Of a stretch of 64,000 nt of DNA, positions 9,470-17,173 are shown in pieces; position 1 is the first letter of the stretch; every line of letters starts with the position of its first letter. Origin of the DNA: a virus; IMG/VR virus record IMGVR_UViG_3300047321_000445, positions 33,311 through 97,310 of that record; one strand, 5' to 3'. The notes under the pieces were generated by a model. That model did not search any database, was not told the origin of the DNA, and was given only the letters and a program-made list of their open reading frames with translations. Position numbers and translations under genes: made by a program.

Positions 9470-9516
9470 CGACTTGCTTTCACGTCGGGACGTGTGTACT
9501 CTAAGTCTTGTGAGGG
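9470..9516 (+). promoter_or_regulatory. Motif A promoter, copy 7
   Basis: TTGCTT(9474)-17-TACTCT(9497). Confidence 0.8.
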
Positions 9517-9554
9517 ACCGGAACGACCGGCCCACCAACCACCAGGAGGACGCC

Positions 9555-9932
9555 ATGACCGCCACCGCCACCGAGACCCTGGCCCCCGGCACCGTCGTGC
9601 GCGCCCCCCTCTACCGCAACGGCCAGCCCGTCGGCCGACCCCGCCGCGGCATCGTCCTGCGCACCTTCGCCAGCGACGGCAACCCCAAGTCCGGCTACCT
9701 CGTGTGGTTCTACACGCTCGGGGCGGCCCACAAGGACGGCCAGGGCGACACCAGCACGGTCGGCCTGGTCTTCCCGCGCGAGGCCGAGCGCGTCGGCACC
9801 GTCGCCGACATGGGCGACCGGGTGCTGGCCAACGCCGGTAAGGGCCTGCGCGACTGGCCCACCGGCCGCCAGGCCTGGAACGAGATCTACCGCGTCTACG
9901 TCGCCCGGAAGCGCGCGGCCGCGCAGGCCTGA
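9555..9932 (+). CDS. Hypothetical protein
   Basis: AGGAGG RBS. Confidence 0.75.
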   Translation: MTATATETLAPGTVVRAPLYRNGQPVGRPRRGIVLRTFASDGNPKSGYLVWFYTLGAAHKDGQGDTSTVGLVFPREAERVGTVADMGDRVLANAGKGLRDWPTGRQAWNEIYRVYVARKRAAAQA

Positions 9933-10014
9933 CGGCCCCCCTCGCCGGGCCCCGGCCACTCGACTTGGCCGGGGCCCGGCACCCCACCACCCTCCGGAAG
10001 GAACTGAACCGACC

Positions 10015-10536
10015 ATGAACGTCACCGTCTCGCTCCCGTGCGAGTCCACCGCCGAGGCGAACCTGATCCGCAACGCCGTCAACCGCTACCGGCACGTCCT
10101 CAAGGACCAGGGCGTCGACCCGCGCGACTTCGCCCCGCCCAGCGACGAGGGCGCCGGGTTCGGCTGGGACGCCGTGCAGCGCACCGCAGGCGACATGAGC
10201 GCGGGGAGCGTGACCCACATGTCCCCGCGCATGGCGCGCGCCATCCACCTCGCGTTGCAGGACAAGGCGGCCTGGACCCGCGACCCGGACGCGCAGCGCA
10301 TCGCGGCCGTCCTGATGTCCCGGATCAACCGCCTGATCATCCCGCCGAAGGACGGATGGGTCTGCCCCTACATGCCGTTCGGCCACGCCTGGACGGGCGA
10401 CACCGTGTGCCGGTTGTGCGGCGAGACCCGCACCGTCTCCGAGGTCATCACGTCGCTGCTCGCCGGACTGCCCGGCTTCAGCGAGGAGCGTGCAGCCGCC
10501 CTGGTGGCCCGGCACGTCGCCGAGGCCACGGCCTGA
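10015..10536 (+). CDS. Hypothetical protein with C-terminal Cys/His motif
   Basis: GGAAGGA RBS; CPYMPFGHAW...CRLC. Confidence 0.7.
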   Translation: MNVTVSLPCESTAEANLIRNAVNRYRHVLKDQGVDPRDFAPPSDEGAGFGWDAVQRTAGDMSAGSVTHMSPRMARAIHLALQDKAAWTRDPDAQRIAAVLMSRINRLIIPPKDGWVCPYMPFGHAWTGDTVCRLCGETRTVSEVITSLLAGLPGFSEERAAALVARHVAEATA

Positions 10537-10554
10537 CGCGCCCCGTCGGGGCAT

Positions 10555-10604
10555 GAGGAAGCCCGCTGCACCGGCCGGGAGTGGCCTGTGCAGCGGGCTT
10601 CTTC
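10555..10604. terminator. Bidirectional terminator between convergent genes
   Basis: GAAGCCCGCTGCA...TGCAGCGGGCTTC inverted repeat. Confidence 0.75.
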
Positions 10605-10614
10605 GTGTCTCCAG

Positions 10615-11364
10615 TCAGGCGCCGGGAGCCGCCTCGAACGTGTACTCGTAGCCGACGACCATGCGGCGGGGCAGGCACCATTCCCCGTACTCGATGACCC
10701 CCTGCCCGTCCCACAGCCGGTGCGCGCCGGCCAGGATGGGCGCCCCGATCGGCAGGGCGAGGAAATTCGCTTCACGGGCGTCGGCGTCCCGGCCGTGGAC
10801 GTCGTCGCGGCCGTTGGTGATGCGGCGTCCGGTGGCCTGCTGGATCCTCAGCAGCAGTCCGGGCGACGTGTGCGGGGACGTCGACAGCAGCTCGGGAACG
10901 CTCCCGGCGAGGTGCGCCGGGTACCAGGTGACGAAGAGCCCGGTTCGCTGCTTGCCCTTGCCGGTGTGCCACTGACGGCGCACCACCTGGTCGCCCTCGC
11001 CGAGGTCGAGGAGCTCGGCCACGTACTGCGGGGGTTTGACCATCTCGGCCGCTGTGACGATCATCGTCTCGCCCTCGGCGAGGACGCTGCCGGTGCGCAG
11101 GACGCGGGTGATCCGCTCGTAGGAGCTGGGGACGACCTCGGGTGCGTTCGCAACGAACGTGCCGCGGCGGCTGGTGGTGATGTAGCCCTCCACCTGGAGC
11201 TGGTCGATTGCCCGCCCGAGGGTGGCGATCGAGACGCCGTGCGACTCGGCCAGCTCTCGCTGTCCGGGCAGCTTGGCGCCCTCCTGATAACCGTCCTCGC
11301 CGTCGAGGATGCTGCGTCGGATGTCGGCCGCTACGCGCATGTACGGGTGTTCGGTCTCGGGCAT
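10615..11364 (-). CDS. GntR/HutC-family repressor (KorSA/TraR-like)
   Basis: PYMRVAADIRRSI..GAKLPGQRELAESHGVSIATLGRAIDQL winged HTH plus UTRA-like C-terminus; located in a tra/spd element. Confidence 0.9.
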   Translation of the reverse strand: MPETEHPYMRVAADIRRSILDGEDGYQEGAKLPGQRELAESHGVSIATLGRAIDQLQVEGYITTSRRGTFVANAPEVVPSSYERITRVLRTGSVLAEGETMIVTAAEMVKPPQYVAELLDLGEGDQVVRRQWHTGKGKQRTGLFVTWYPAHLAGSVPELLSTSPHTSPGLLLRIQQATGRRITNGRDDVHGRDADAREANFLALPIGAPILAGAHRLWDGQGVIEYGEWCLPRRMVVGYEYTFEAAPGA

Positions 11365-11379
11365 GGTCCTTCTCCTGTA

Positions 11380-11489
11380 TGTCCTAGGGCACTGACGAGC
11401 GTACTAGGACACGCGTAATCCTGGGAGGGGGGAATGCGGGTGCACCCTGGTGAAGTGTCCTAGGTCACGCTATGGTCTGTCCTAGGACA
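11380..11489. promoter_or_regulatory. Four TGTCCTAGGACA-type palindromic operators between gntR and the DUF6415 operon
   Basis: Copies at 11380-91, 11400-11, 11456-67 and 11478-89 (perfect); candidate -10 TATGGT at 11471. Confidence 0.85.
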
Positions 11490-11502
11490 CACCGCGTAAG
11501 CG

Positions 11503-11525
11503 CCCGACGACTCGACTGCGCCGGG
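11503..11525 (+). repeat. Degenerate CTCGACT-loop hairpin in the DUF6415 leader
   Basis: CCCGACG-A-CTCGACT-G-CGCCGGG, extended by CGCGT/ACGCG. Confidence 0.5.
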
Positions 11526-11548
11526 ACGCGCTGCTTCAGGAGCGTCAA

Positions 11549-11917
11549 ATGACGAAGACCGTAGACACAGCGAGTGAGACCGCGCCCGTAGACGTCGCCA
11601 CGATGCGCGAGGCCATCAGCCGGCTGCTCTTGGCTGAGGCTGAACTGCCCGCCAGCGAGGAGCTGGCGACACTGACCGTACAGCTGCGCGGGCACATGCA
11701 GCTGCTCATCCCGGAAGTCGAGGCAGCCGCCGCGAAGCTGCACAGGGACGACGTGGCCCGGTACTGCGCGCTCGCCTGCCTCGGCACGGCCCGCAACCGG
11801 CTCCAGGAGCGGCCGAACCCGAACCCCGGTGGAGACGTCGCGTACGCCCGGCGTCTGGCCCGCGCGCTCAACGCCCTCGTGGACCACAGCGAGAACCTGA
11901 CCGCCCCGAGCTGCTGA
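11549..11917 (+). CDS. DUF6415-family protein
   Basis: PVDVATMR...LRGHMQLLIPEVE...ARRLARAL pattern; AGGAG RBS. Confidence 0.8.
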   Translation: MTKTVDTASETAPVDVATMREAISRLLLAEAELPASEELATLTVQLRGHMQLLIPEVEAAAAKLHRDDVARYCALACLGTARNRLQERPNPNPGGDVAYARRLARALNALVDHSENLTAPSC

Positions 11918-12019
11918 CACCCACAGACCCCCGCCCTCGGGCCCCAGTCCATGGACAGGTCGAGCCCGGGGGCGGGTCGCACCATCGGAAGTCACCTGAC
12001 ACCCGAGGAGAAACACGCC

Positions 12020-12943
12020 ATGACGATCGCTCCCGAGGTTCCCGTCCGGCAGACAGTGCCGGAGTTCCTGGAGCTTGAGATCACCGGCCGCTGTCAGCTC
12101 AGCTGCGGCCACTGCTACGCGGAGTCGGGGCCGACCAACGGCCACGGCACCATGACCGGCGACGACTGGCGGCGGGTCATCACCGAGGCCGCCGCCCTCG
12201 GCACGAAGATCGTGCAGTTCATCGGTGGTGAGCCCACACTGTCGCCCGAATTCGCCGGGCTCGTCTGGCACGCCCTGGAAGCCGGCCTGCGGGTGCAGGT
12301 GTACAGCAACCTGTACCGGGTGCGCGCCGAGCACTGGGACCTGTTCGCGCACCCGCGCGTGAGCCTGGGGACGTCGTACTACTCCGACGTCCCGGACGAG
12401 CACGACGCGATCACCGGCCGGAAGGGCTCTCACGAGTCGACCAGGGCGAACATCGTGGAGGCCATGCGCCGGAACATCCCGGTGAAGGTCGGCATCGTCC
12501 ACATGCGTGACGGGCAGCGCTCCGAGGAAGCCCGCGCCGAGATGGCCGCGCTCGGTGTGGCCCGGGTGCACATCGACCGGGTCCGTGCCGTCGGCAACGC
12601 CTCGACGGCGAAGACGCTGATCCCGTCCACGTCGGAGCTGTGCGGGCGGTGCGCGGACGGGAAGGCGGCAATCCTCCCTGACGGGAAGGTCGCCCCGTGT
12701 GTGCTGGGCCGGTTCCTGCCCGCCGGGGACGTCAAGTCTGGTTCCCTGGAGCAGGTGTTCACCGGGCAGCTGTGGGCGCAGGTCGCGGCGAGCATCCCGC
12801 GACAGCAGCGGACCGCCGGGTGCCTGCCGGACGAGGACTCGTGCCAGCCCGCGCCGCGGAACACCGCCCAGGGCTGCAACCCTGACAGCGACGGTTCGGA
12901 CTGCTCGCCGGCCGAGACCCCGGCCTGCGACCCCTCGTACTAG
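12020..12943 (+). CDS. Radical SAM/SPASM(twitch) protein with C-terminal Cys-x-Pro repeat tail
   Basis: CQLSCGHC, GGEP, CGRC...ILPDGKVAPC; tail CLPDEDSCQP..CNPDSDGSDCSP..CDPSY. Confidence 0.9.
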   Translation: MTIAPEVPVRQTVPEFLELEITGRCQLSCGHCYAESGPTNGHGTMTGDDWRRVITEAAALGTKIVQFIGGEPTLSPEFAGLVWHALEAGLRVQVYSNLYRVRAEHWDLFAHPRVSLGTSYYSDVPDEHDAITGRKGSHESTRANIVEAMRRNIPVKVGIVHMRDGQRSEEARAEMAALGVARVHIDRVRAVGNASTAKTLIPSTSELCGRCADGKAAILPDGKVAPCVLGRFLPAGDVKSGSLEQVFTGQLWAQVAASIPRQQRTAGCLPDEDSCQPAPRNTAQGCNPDSDGSDCSPAETPACDPSY

Positions 12944-12954
12944 GAGACGCCCGG

Positions 12955-14085
12955 ATGGATTGGCAGACGCACGCACGGCGCCTCGCGGCCGATGTGGTCC
13001 GGCCCGAATCACGCTGGTACGAACCGCTCGCCAGCACGCCCCGGCATGTGTTCGTGCCGCGCTGGTGGGCGAACCGCGACGGAAGTTGGGAGCTGCGCGA
13101 CGGTAGCGCCGACCCCGGCGCGTGGATGCGGGCCGCCTACGCGGACCGGACACTCGTGACCCGCATCGGCCCCGTGCACGCCGACCACGCCGAACCCGGC
13201 GCCACGGTCACGGAGGGGAAACCCACGTCCTCATCCACGCTGCCGGGCCTGGTGGTCACCATGTACCGGCACGCGGCCATAGCCGACGACTCCCGGGTCC
13301 TGGTGACGACCGGCACCGGCTACGGCACGGCACTGCTGTGCCGACGACTGGGCGATGAGCGGGTGACGAGTGTGGACGTCGACCCGCATCTGGTGAAGGT
13401 CGCAGCGGAACGCCTCGATTCCATCGGGGTGCACCCGTACACAGCTGTCGTCGACATCACCCGGCACGATCTGGGGCGGCACGACCGGATCGTGTCCACC
13501 GTGTCCGTACGAGCCGTGCCGGCCTCGTGGCTGGCCGCTCTGCGGCCCGGTGGGCGGCTCGTGACGACCATCGCGGGAACCGGGTTGATCCTCATTGCGG
13601 ACAAGACCGAGGACGGCGGGGCTGTGGGCCGCATCGCCCCCGACGCGGCGGGGTTCATGCGCACTCGCCACGGCGACGACTATGACGACGCGACAGCGGA
13701 GGTGTGGAGGAAGGCGCAGTGGATCGACGGTGAGGAAGTGAGCACCAGCCGGTATCCGCTGTTGTACGTGCCGGACTCGTGGGAGGTGATGTCGATGCTG
13801 GAGCTGAAGGTCCCGGGCATCGACCACCGGATCGTGCAGAACGGCAGCGAGCGGACGGTGTGGATGCTGCACGCCGACGGCTCCTGGGCCCGAGCGTACG
13901 CAGCGGAGTCCCTCGACTCGCCGACGGTGTATCAGGGCGGTCCCCGCCGCCTGTGGGACGAACTGGAGCGTGTCCGGAACCGGCTCAACCGTGAGGGCGG
14001 GCTCCCCTTGTACGGTGCCCGGGTCACCATCACCCCGGATGGCGTGACCACGCTGTCGCGAGGTTCCTGGTCCCTCACCCTGTAG
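12955..14085 (+). CDS. Protein-L-isoaspartate O-methyltransferase-like (RiPP-associated type)
   Basis: PRHVFVP, PTSSSTLPGLV, TGTGYGTALL, VTSVDVD, LRPGGRLV, C-terminal QGGPRRLWD. Confidence 0.9.
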   Translation: MDWQTHARRLAADVVRPESRWYEPLASTPRHVFVPRWWANRDGSWELRDGSADPGAWMRAAYADRTLVTRIGPVHADHAEPGATVTEGKPTSSSTLPGLVVTMYRHAAIADDSRVLVTTGTGYGTALLCRRLGDERVTSVDVDPHLVKVAAERLDSIGVHPYTAVVDITRHDLGRHDRIVSTVSVRAVPASWLAALRPGGRLVTTIAGTGLILIADKTEDGGAVGRIAPDAAGFMRTRHGDDYDDATAEVWRKAQWIDGEEVSTSRYPLLYVPDSWEVMSMLELKVPGIDHRIVQNGSERTVWMLHADGSWARAYAAESLDSPTVYQGGPRRLWDELERVRNRLNREGGLPLYGARVTITPDGVTTLSRGSWSLTL

Positions 14086-14096
14086 GGCCCCTCGAC

Positions 14097-14143
14097 GGCC
14101 CCGTCTGTCCGCTCCCCCCCGTGGCGGATGGGCGGGGCCTTTC
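14097..14143 (+). terminator. Intrinsic terminator
   Basis: GC stem followed by TTT. Confidence 0.65.
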
Positions 14144-14210
14144 CGTGCGCTGGGACGGCTGCGGGTGGGCTAGTGTCGTCGGGCTGCGACACCTCCACAG
14201 TTTTCCCACG

Positions 14211-14254
14211 GTCCCGATTGACATGCACGTTGGGTGGGGTGTACGGTCATGGCA
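14211..14254 (+). promoter_or_regulatory. Motif A variant promoter, probably leaderless
   Basis: GTCCCGA-TTGACA(14218)-TGCACGTTGGG..-TACGGT(14242); ATG 6 nt after the -10 box and no RBS. Confidence 0.75.
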
Positions 14255-15096
14255 TGAAGACGCCGCCCGAGACACCACAGCTGCCCGAAATCTTCGCCGA
14301 ACCCTTCGGCCACCTGACCGCGCTCACACCCGGCCTGGACGAAACGGGCCAGCTCGTGGACCGGGTCAAGCGCCTCGGCCCCGCCCTCGACGCATGGCCC
14401 CAGCTCCAGAAGGCCATCAAGGCCCTGCGCGCCCTCGACGTCCTCGCCGTCCACGAGGCCGGCCGGACCGTCCCCGACCTGGTCAACGACCTCGGCATCA
14501 CACGCGGCCGCGTCTACAGCCTGATCAAGGCCGCCCGCGAGGACCGAGACATCGAGACGAAGGCACAACTGCCCGCCCCGTTCGACACGCTGCTCGCCCC
14601 GCTCCTCGAGGACGCCGGAACGCTGGAGCGCGCGCAGCGGCTCGGACGCATCCTCGCCGACGGCGTCCTCAACGACGGCTCCCGCTACCTGGCCTGGACC
14701 CGCTCGCACGACGTGCTCACGCTGCACCGCAGCCACGGCATCAAGTACGAGACCCTGGCCCCGCTGATCGGCCTGACCAGCGACCGGACCGCGCACCTCG
14801 CCGACATGGCCAAGGGCACCTACAGCCGCAAGCTGCCAGCCGAACGGCGCGAGCGCGACCCCAACGCCCCCCAGCGGAACAAGCCCGGCGAGAGCGCGCA
14901 GGCCGTCGAGGACGCCATGCGCGCACTGGAAAGCCCCTTCAGCATGGCCGAGGTGACCGAGGCGTCCGGCTTCAAGCCGGGCCAGGTGCAGCGTGTGCTG
15001 AAGACGCTCCGGGCCCAAGGCAAGCTGCGCGACGCCGGCCCCCTCCCGAAGGGGGTCGGTGGCCGCAACGTGGCCACGTTCGAGCTGATCGGCTAG
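14254..15096 (+). CDS. DNA-binding protein with three HTH-like segments (candidate repressor)
   Basis: TVPDLVNDLGITRGRVYSLI; KYETLAPLIGLTSDRTAHL; SMAEVTEASGFKPGQVQRVLKTL. Confidence 0.75.
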   Translation: MKTPPETPQLPEIFAEPFGHLTALTPGLDETGQLVDRVKRLGPALDAWPQLQKAIKALRALDVLAVHEAGRTVPDLVNDLGITRGRVYSLIKAAREDRDIETKAQLPAPFDTLLAPLLEDAGTLERAQRLGRILADGVLNDGSRYLAWTRSHDVLTLHRSHGIKYETLAPLIGLTSDRTAHLADMAKGTYSRKLPAERRERDPNAPQRNKPGESAQAVEDAMRALESPFSMAEVTEASGFKPGQVQRVLKTLRAQGKLRDAGPLPKGVGGRNVATFELIG

Positions 15097-15160
15097 GACC
15101 GGCTGACGGGCGGGCAGTTCACAATGGATGCACCACCCTCGCCGTACCGGGAGACCCGCC

Positions 15161-15322
15161 GTGTCCAACACCCCGATCGACCCGATAACCGAACTCGCCG
15201 CAGGCGCGGCCGCGACGCACGAGCTGTTCACCGCGTACGTCGAAGCCGGGTTCAGCAGGACCGAGGCGTTGCAGCTCACGGTCAGCATCCTCACCGCTGG
15301 CATCGGCGGCTCCGCCCAGTAG
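15161..15322 (+). CDS. Small conserved phage protein
   Basis: GGGAGA RBS plus GTG; HELFTAYVEAGFSRTEALQL. Confidence 0.7.
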   Translation: MSNTPIDPITELAAGAAATHELFTAYVEAGFSRTEALQLTVSILTAGIGGSAQ

Positions 15323-15340
15323 GCGCACGCAGACGCGAGA

Positions 15341-15374
15341 CGGCCCCGCACCCCATGCAGGGGGGTGCGGGGCC
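15341..15374 (+). terminator. Terminator, 34-bp direct repeat copy 1
   Basis: CGGCCCCGCACCCCATGCAGGGGGGTGCGGGGCC followed by TTT. Confidence 0.8.
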
Positions 15375-15403
15375 TTTCCCTTCTCCGTGATTACTGGTGA
15401 CCA

Positions 15404-15435
15404 GACTTGCAAATACGCTAGGACGTGTGTACTTT
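15404..15435 (+). promoter_or_regulatory. Motif A-related promoter
   Basis: GAC-TTGCAA(15407)-17 bp ending GGACGTGTG-TACTTT(15430). Confidence 0.7.
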
Positions 15436-15482
15436 CGTGGTGAGGGGGCGGGTCCACCGCCCCCGACGCCGAGGGAGGACAC

Positions 15483-15758
15483 ATGGAGTCGATTCACATC
15501 CCCACCGAGGAGCGCCCTCGCGTGGGCGAGGACGTCACGTACAAGGTCGGCCGCCACACCGTGAGGGCCGTTGTCACCCGCCAGTTCGTGAACGAGGCGG
15601 AAGACGTGGGCGTCGTCGTCTACGGCGACCAGGTGGGGAGCGTCCACCCCGTGGCGCCCGCGCTGCTCAACGTGCAGGCGCCGGACCTCGACAAGCTGCA
15701 CGCCGACGCCCTCGTAGAGGACGAGCTGCGCGCCCTCCTCGACGAGATCGACCACTGA
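15483..15758 (+). CDS. Hypothetical protein (moron-like)
   Basis: GGGAGGA RBS, own promoter and terminator. Confidence 0.8.
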   Translation: MESIHIPTEERPRVGEDVTYKVGRHTVRAVVTRQFVNEAEDVGVVVYGDQVGSVHPVAPALLNVQAPDLDKLHADALVEDELRALLDEIDH

Positions 15759-15777
15759 CACCGCCAACGAACGACTG

Positions 15778-15811
15778 CGGCCCCGCACCCCATGCAGGGG
15801 GGTGCGGGGCC
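15778..15811. terminator. Terminator, 34-bp direct repeat copy 2
   Basis: Identical to 15341-15374. Confidence 0.8.
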
Positions 15812-15825
15812 GTTCCCATTGTCGG

Positions 15826-17067
15826 CTACTCGTCGTCGGCCGCCGCCATGCCGCGCAGCAGGTCCACCACGGCCCGGCAGTCGCCCAACGCGCGGTGCTC
15901 GCCCCCGGCCAAGGGCTGCCATGCGTAGTCCCCGTGGTAGTCGGACCAGTCGCCGACCCATTCCGAGTACGGCAGCATCACGTCCTCCGACCGCACCTCG
16001 GCGAGCCAGGCCGCGGCGGCCGCTGCCGGGTCCGGGTGGCCGGCCTGCCGGTAGTGGACCGTCAGCTCGTGCCGCAGCCGGCCGACGTCGAACGGCTCGT
16101 TGTAGATCAGGCAGCGGCGACCGTCCAACGCTGCGGTGAGCTGCGGCAGGAGAGTCGTGAACGACGGCGCCCCGGCCACCTTGTCGTCGGTGATGCCGTG
16201 CAGGTCGGACACGTCCGGGGGGATCGGCTCGCCCGGGTTGACGAGCGTGTCCAGCAGCACCTTCCCGCCCGTGCTGTAGACCCCGAGCTCTACGATCCGC
16301 GCCTCGTCGTGCAGGCCGGTGGTCTCGCAGTCCAGCACGGCCACGTCCGGGTCGTCGACCAGGGCCCGCGCCCAGTCCACGAGCTCGGCCACACGCCGAC
16401 GCCGCTCCTCGACCGCGCGCTCCTCGGCCTCCTCGTACTGCCGCTGCCGCTCGGCCCGCTCCAGCTCGTCGCGTACCTTGCACGGCGGACACCACACTGG
16501 CGTCCAATACCCGCGCTCGGCCCTCCCCGCGGCGATCTCCTCATCGGTGGCCGTGACCACCTCACAGTCCCGACCCGGGCACGTACGCCGCCATGCGGCC
16601 TCGGCTTCCTGCTCTGCCTGCTGGCGTAGCGCTTTGCGGATGCGGCAGTGCTCGCACGCCCCCCAGCCGTGCACGTCCTTCGCCAACGCCGAACCGGACT
16701 CACGGCGGCACCAATGGCAGGTCCGGGCCCGCCGCTCCTGCGCCTCCTGCTGCGCCCGCCTACGGCAGTCCTCGCAGCGCTGGTACACCACATAGCCGCG
16801 GACCTCCCGGCACTCGGGGCAGGTACGCCGGGCCGTCATCGCCTGCTGCTGCTTCGCCGACAACGGCCGCATCGCCTCCGCCCCGGCCGGGTCGTACAGC
16901 GGGAACTCGCCCCACCCGTGACCGCGCCGGTACATCCGCAGGAAGCCCACGGGCTGTTGCCCCTCGGCCGGCTTGAGCCGCTGCGCCTTCAGCTGCGTCG
17001 TGGTCCGCAGATGGTCCGGGACGTCGCCGGACTTGTAGACGGGCAGGGCTTCCGATTCCGTGGTCAA
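15826..17067 (-). CDS. DEDDh 3'-5' exonuclease (DnaQ-like) with N-terminal Zn-binding region
   Basis: VLDCETTG, LVNP, LHGIT, YNEPFD, HRALGD; RRTCPEC; TTG start with GGAGG RBS. Confidence 0.9.
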   Translation of the reverse strand: MTTESEALPVYKSGDVPDHLRTTTQLKAQRLKPAEGQQPVGFLRMYRRGHGWGEFPLYDPAGAEAMRPLSAKQQQAMTARRTCPECREVRGYVVYQRCEDCRRRAQQEAQERRARTCHWCRRESGSALAKDVHGWGACEHCRIRKALRQQAEQEAEAAWRRTCPGRDCEVVTATDEEIAAGRAERGYWTPVWCPPCKVRDELERAERQRQYEEAEERAVEERRRRVAELVDWARALVDDPDVAVLDCETTGLHDEARIVELGVYSTGGKVLLDTLVNPGEPIPPDVSDLHGITDDKVAGAPSFTTLLPQLTAALDGRRCLIYNEPFDVGRLRHELTVHYRQAGHPDPAAAAAAWLAEVRSEDVMLPYSEWVGDWSDYHGDYAWQPLAGGEHRALGDCRAVVDLLRGMAAADDE

Positions 17068-17173
17068 CGGGCACCTCCGAGCAGACTGAGGGGGGTCAGG
17101 GACCAAGCACAGCGCACGCCACTGACAACGCGCGGCAGGTCCCGCCCGGCTCGGGCGGGACCTGCCGGGATGC

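Larger units (their letters stand above)
2096..9980 (+). repeat. Family of intergenic hairpins with conserved CTCGACT loop
   Basis: Copies at 2096-2132, 2600-2632, 3861-3897, 4258-4294, 5081-5117, 5673-5709, 6327-6365, 7911-7941, 8559-8595, 9421-9457 and 9944-9980; degenerate copy at 4649-4679; inverted, degenerate copy at 1088-1124; each lies just after a stop codon. Confidence 0.95.

Noticed and set aside
1173-9516. Frpo-type ssDNA promoters
   Set aside because: The -35 and -10 boxes are ordinary collinear dsDNA elements without long complementary arms; TraB transfers dsDNA and no relaxase is seen
1088-9980. CRISPR array interpretation of the repeated hairpins
   Set aside because: The intervening segments are several hundred to ~1500 bp, contain whole genes, repeat stems vary, and no cas genes are present
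1-10536. Classical integron
   Set aside because: No catalytically intact IntI nearby, no GTTRRRY/RYYYAAC attC ends, and many cassettes have their own promoters
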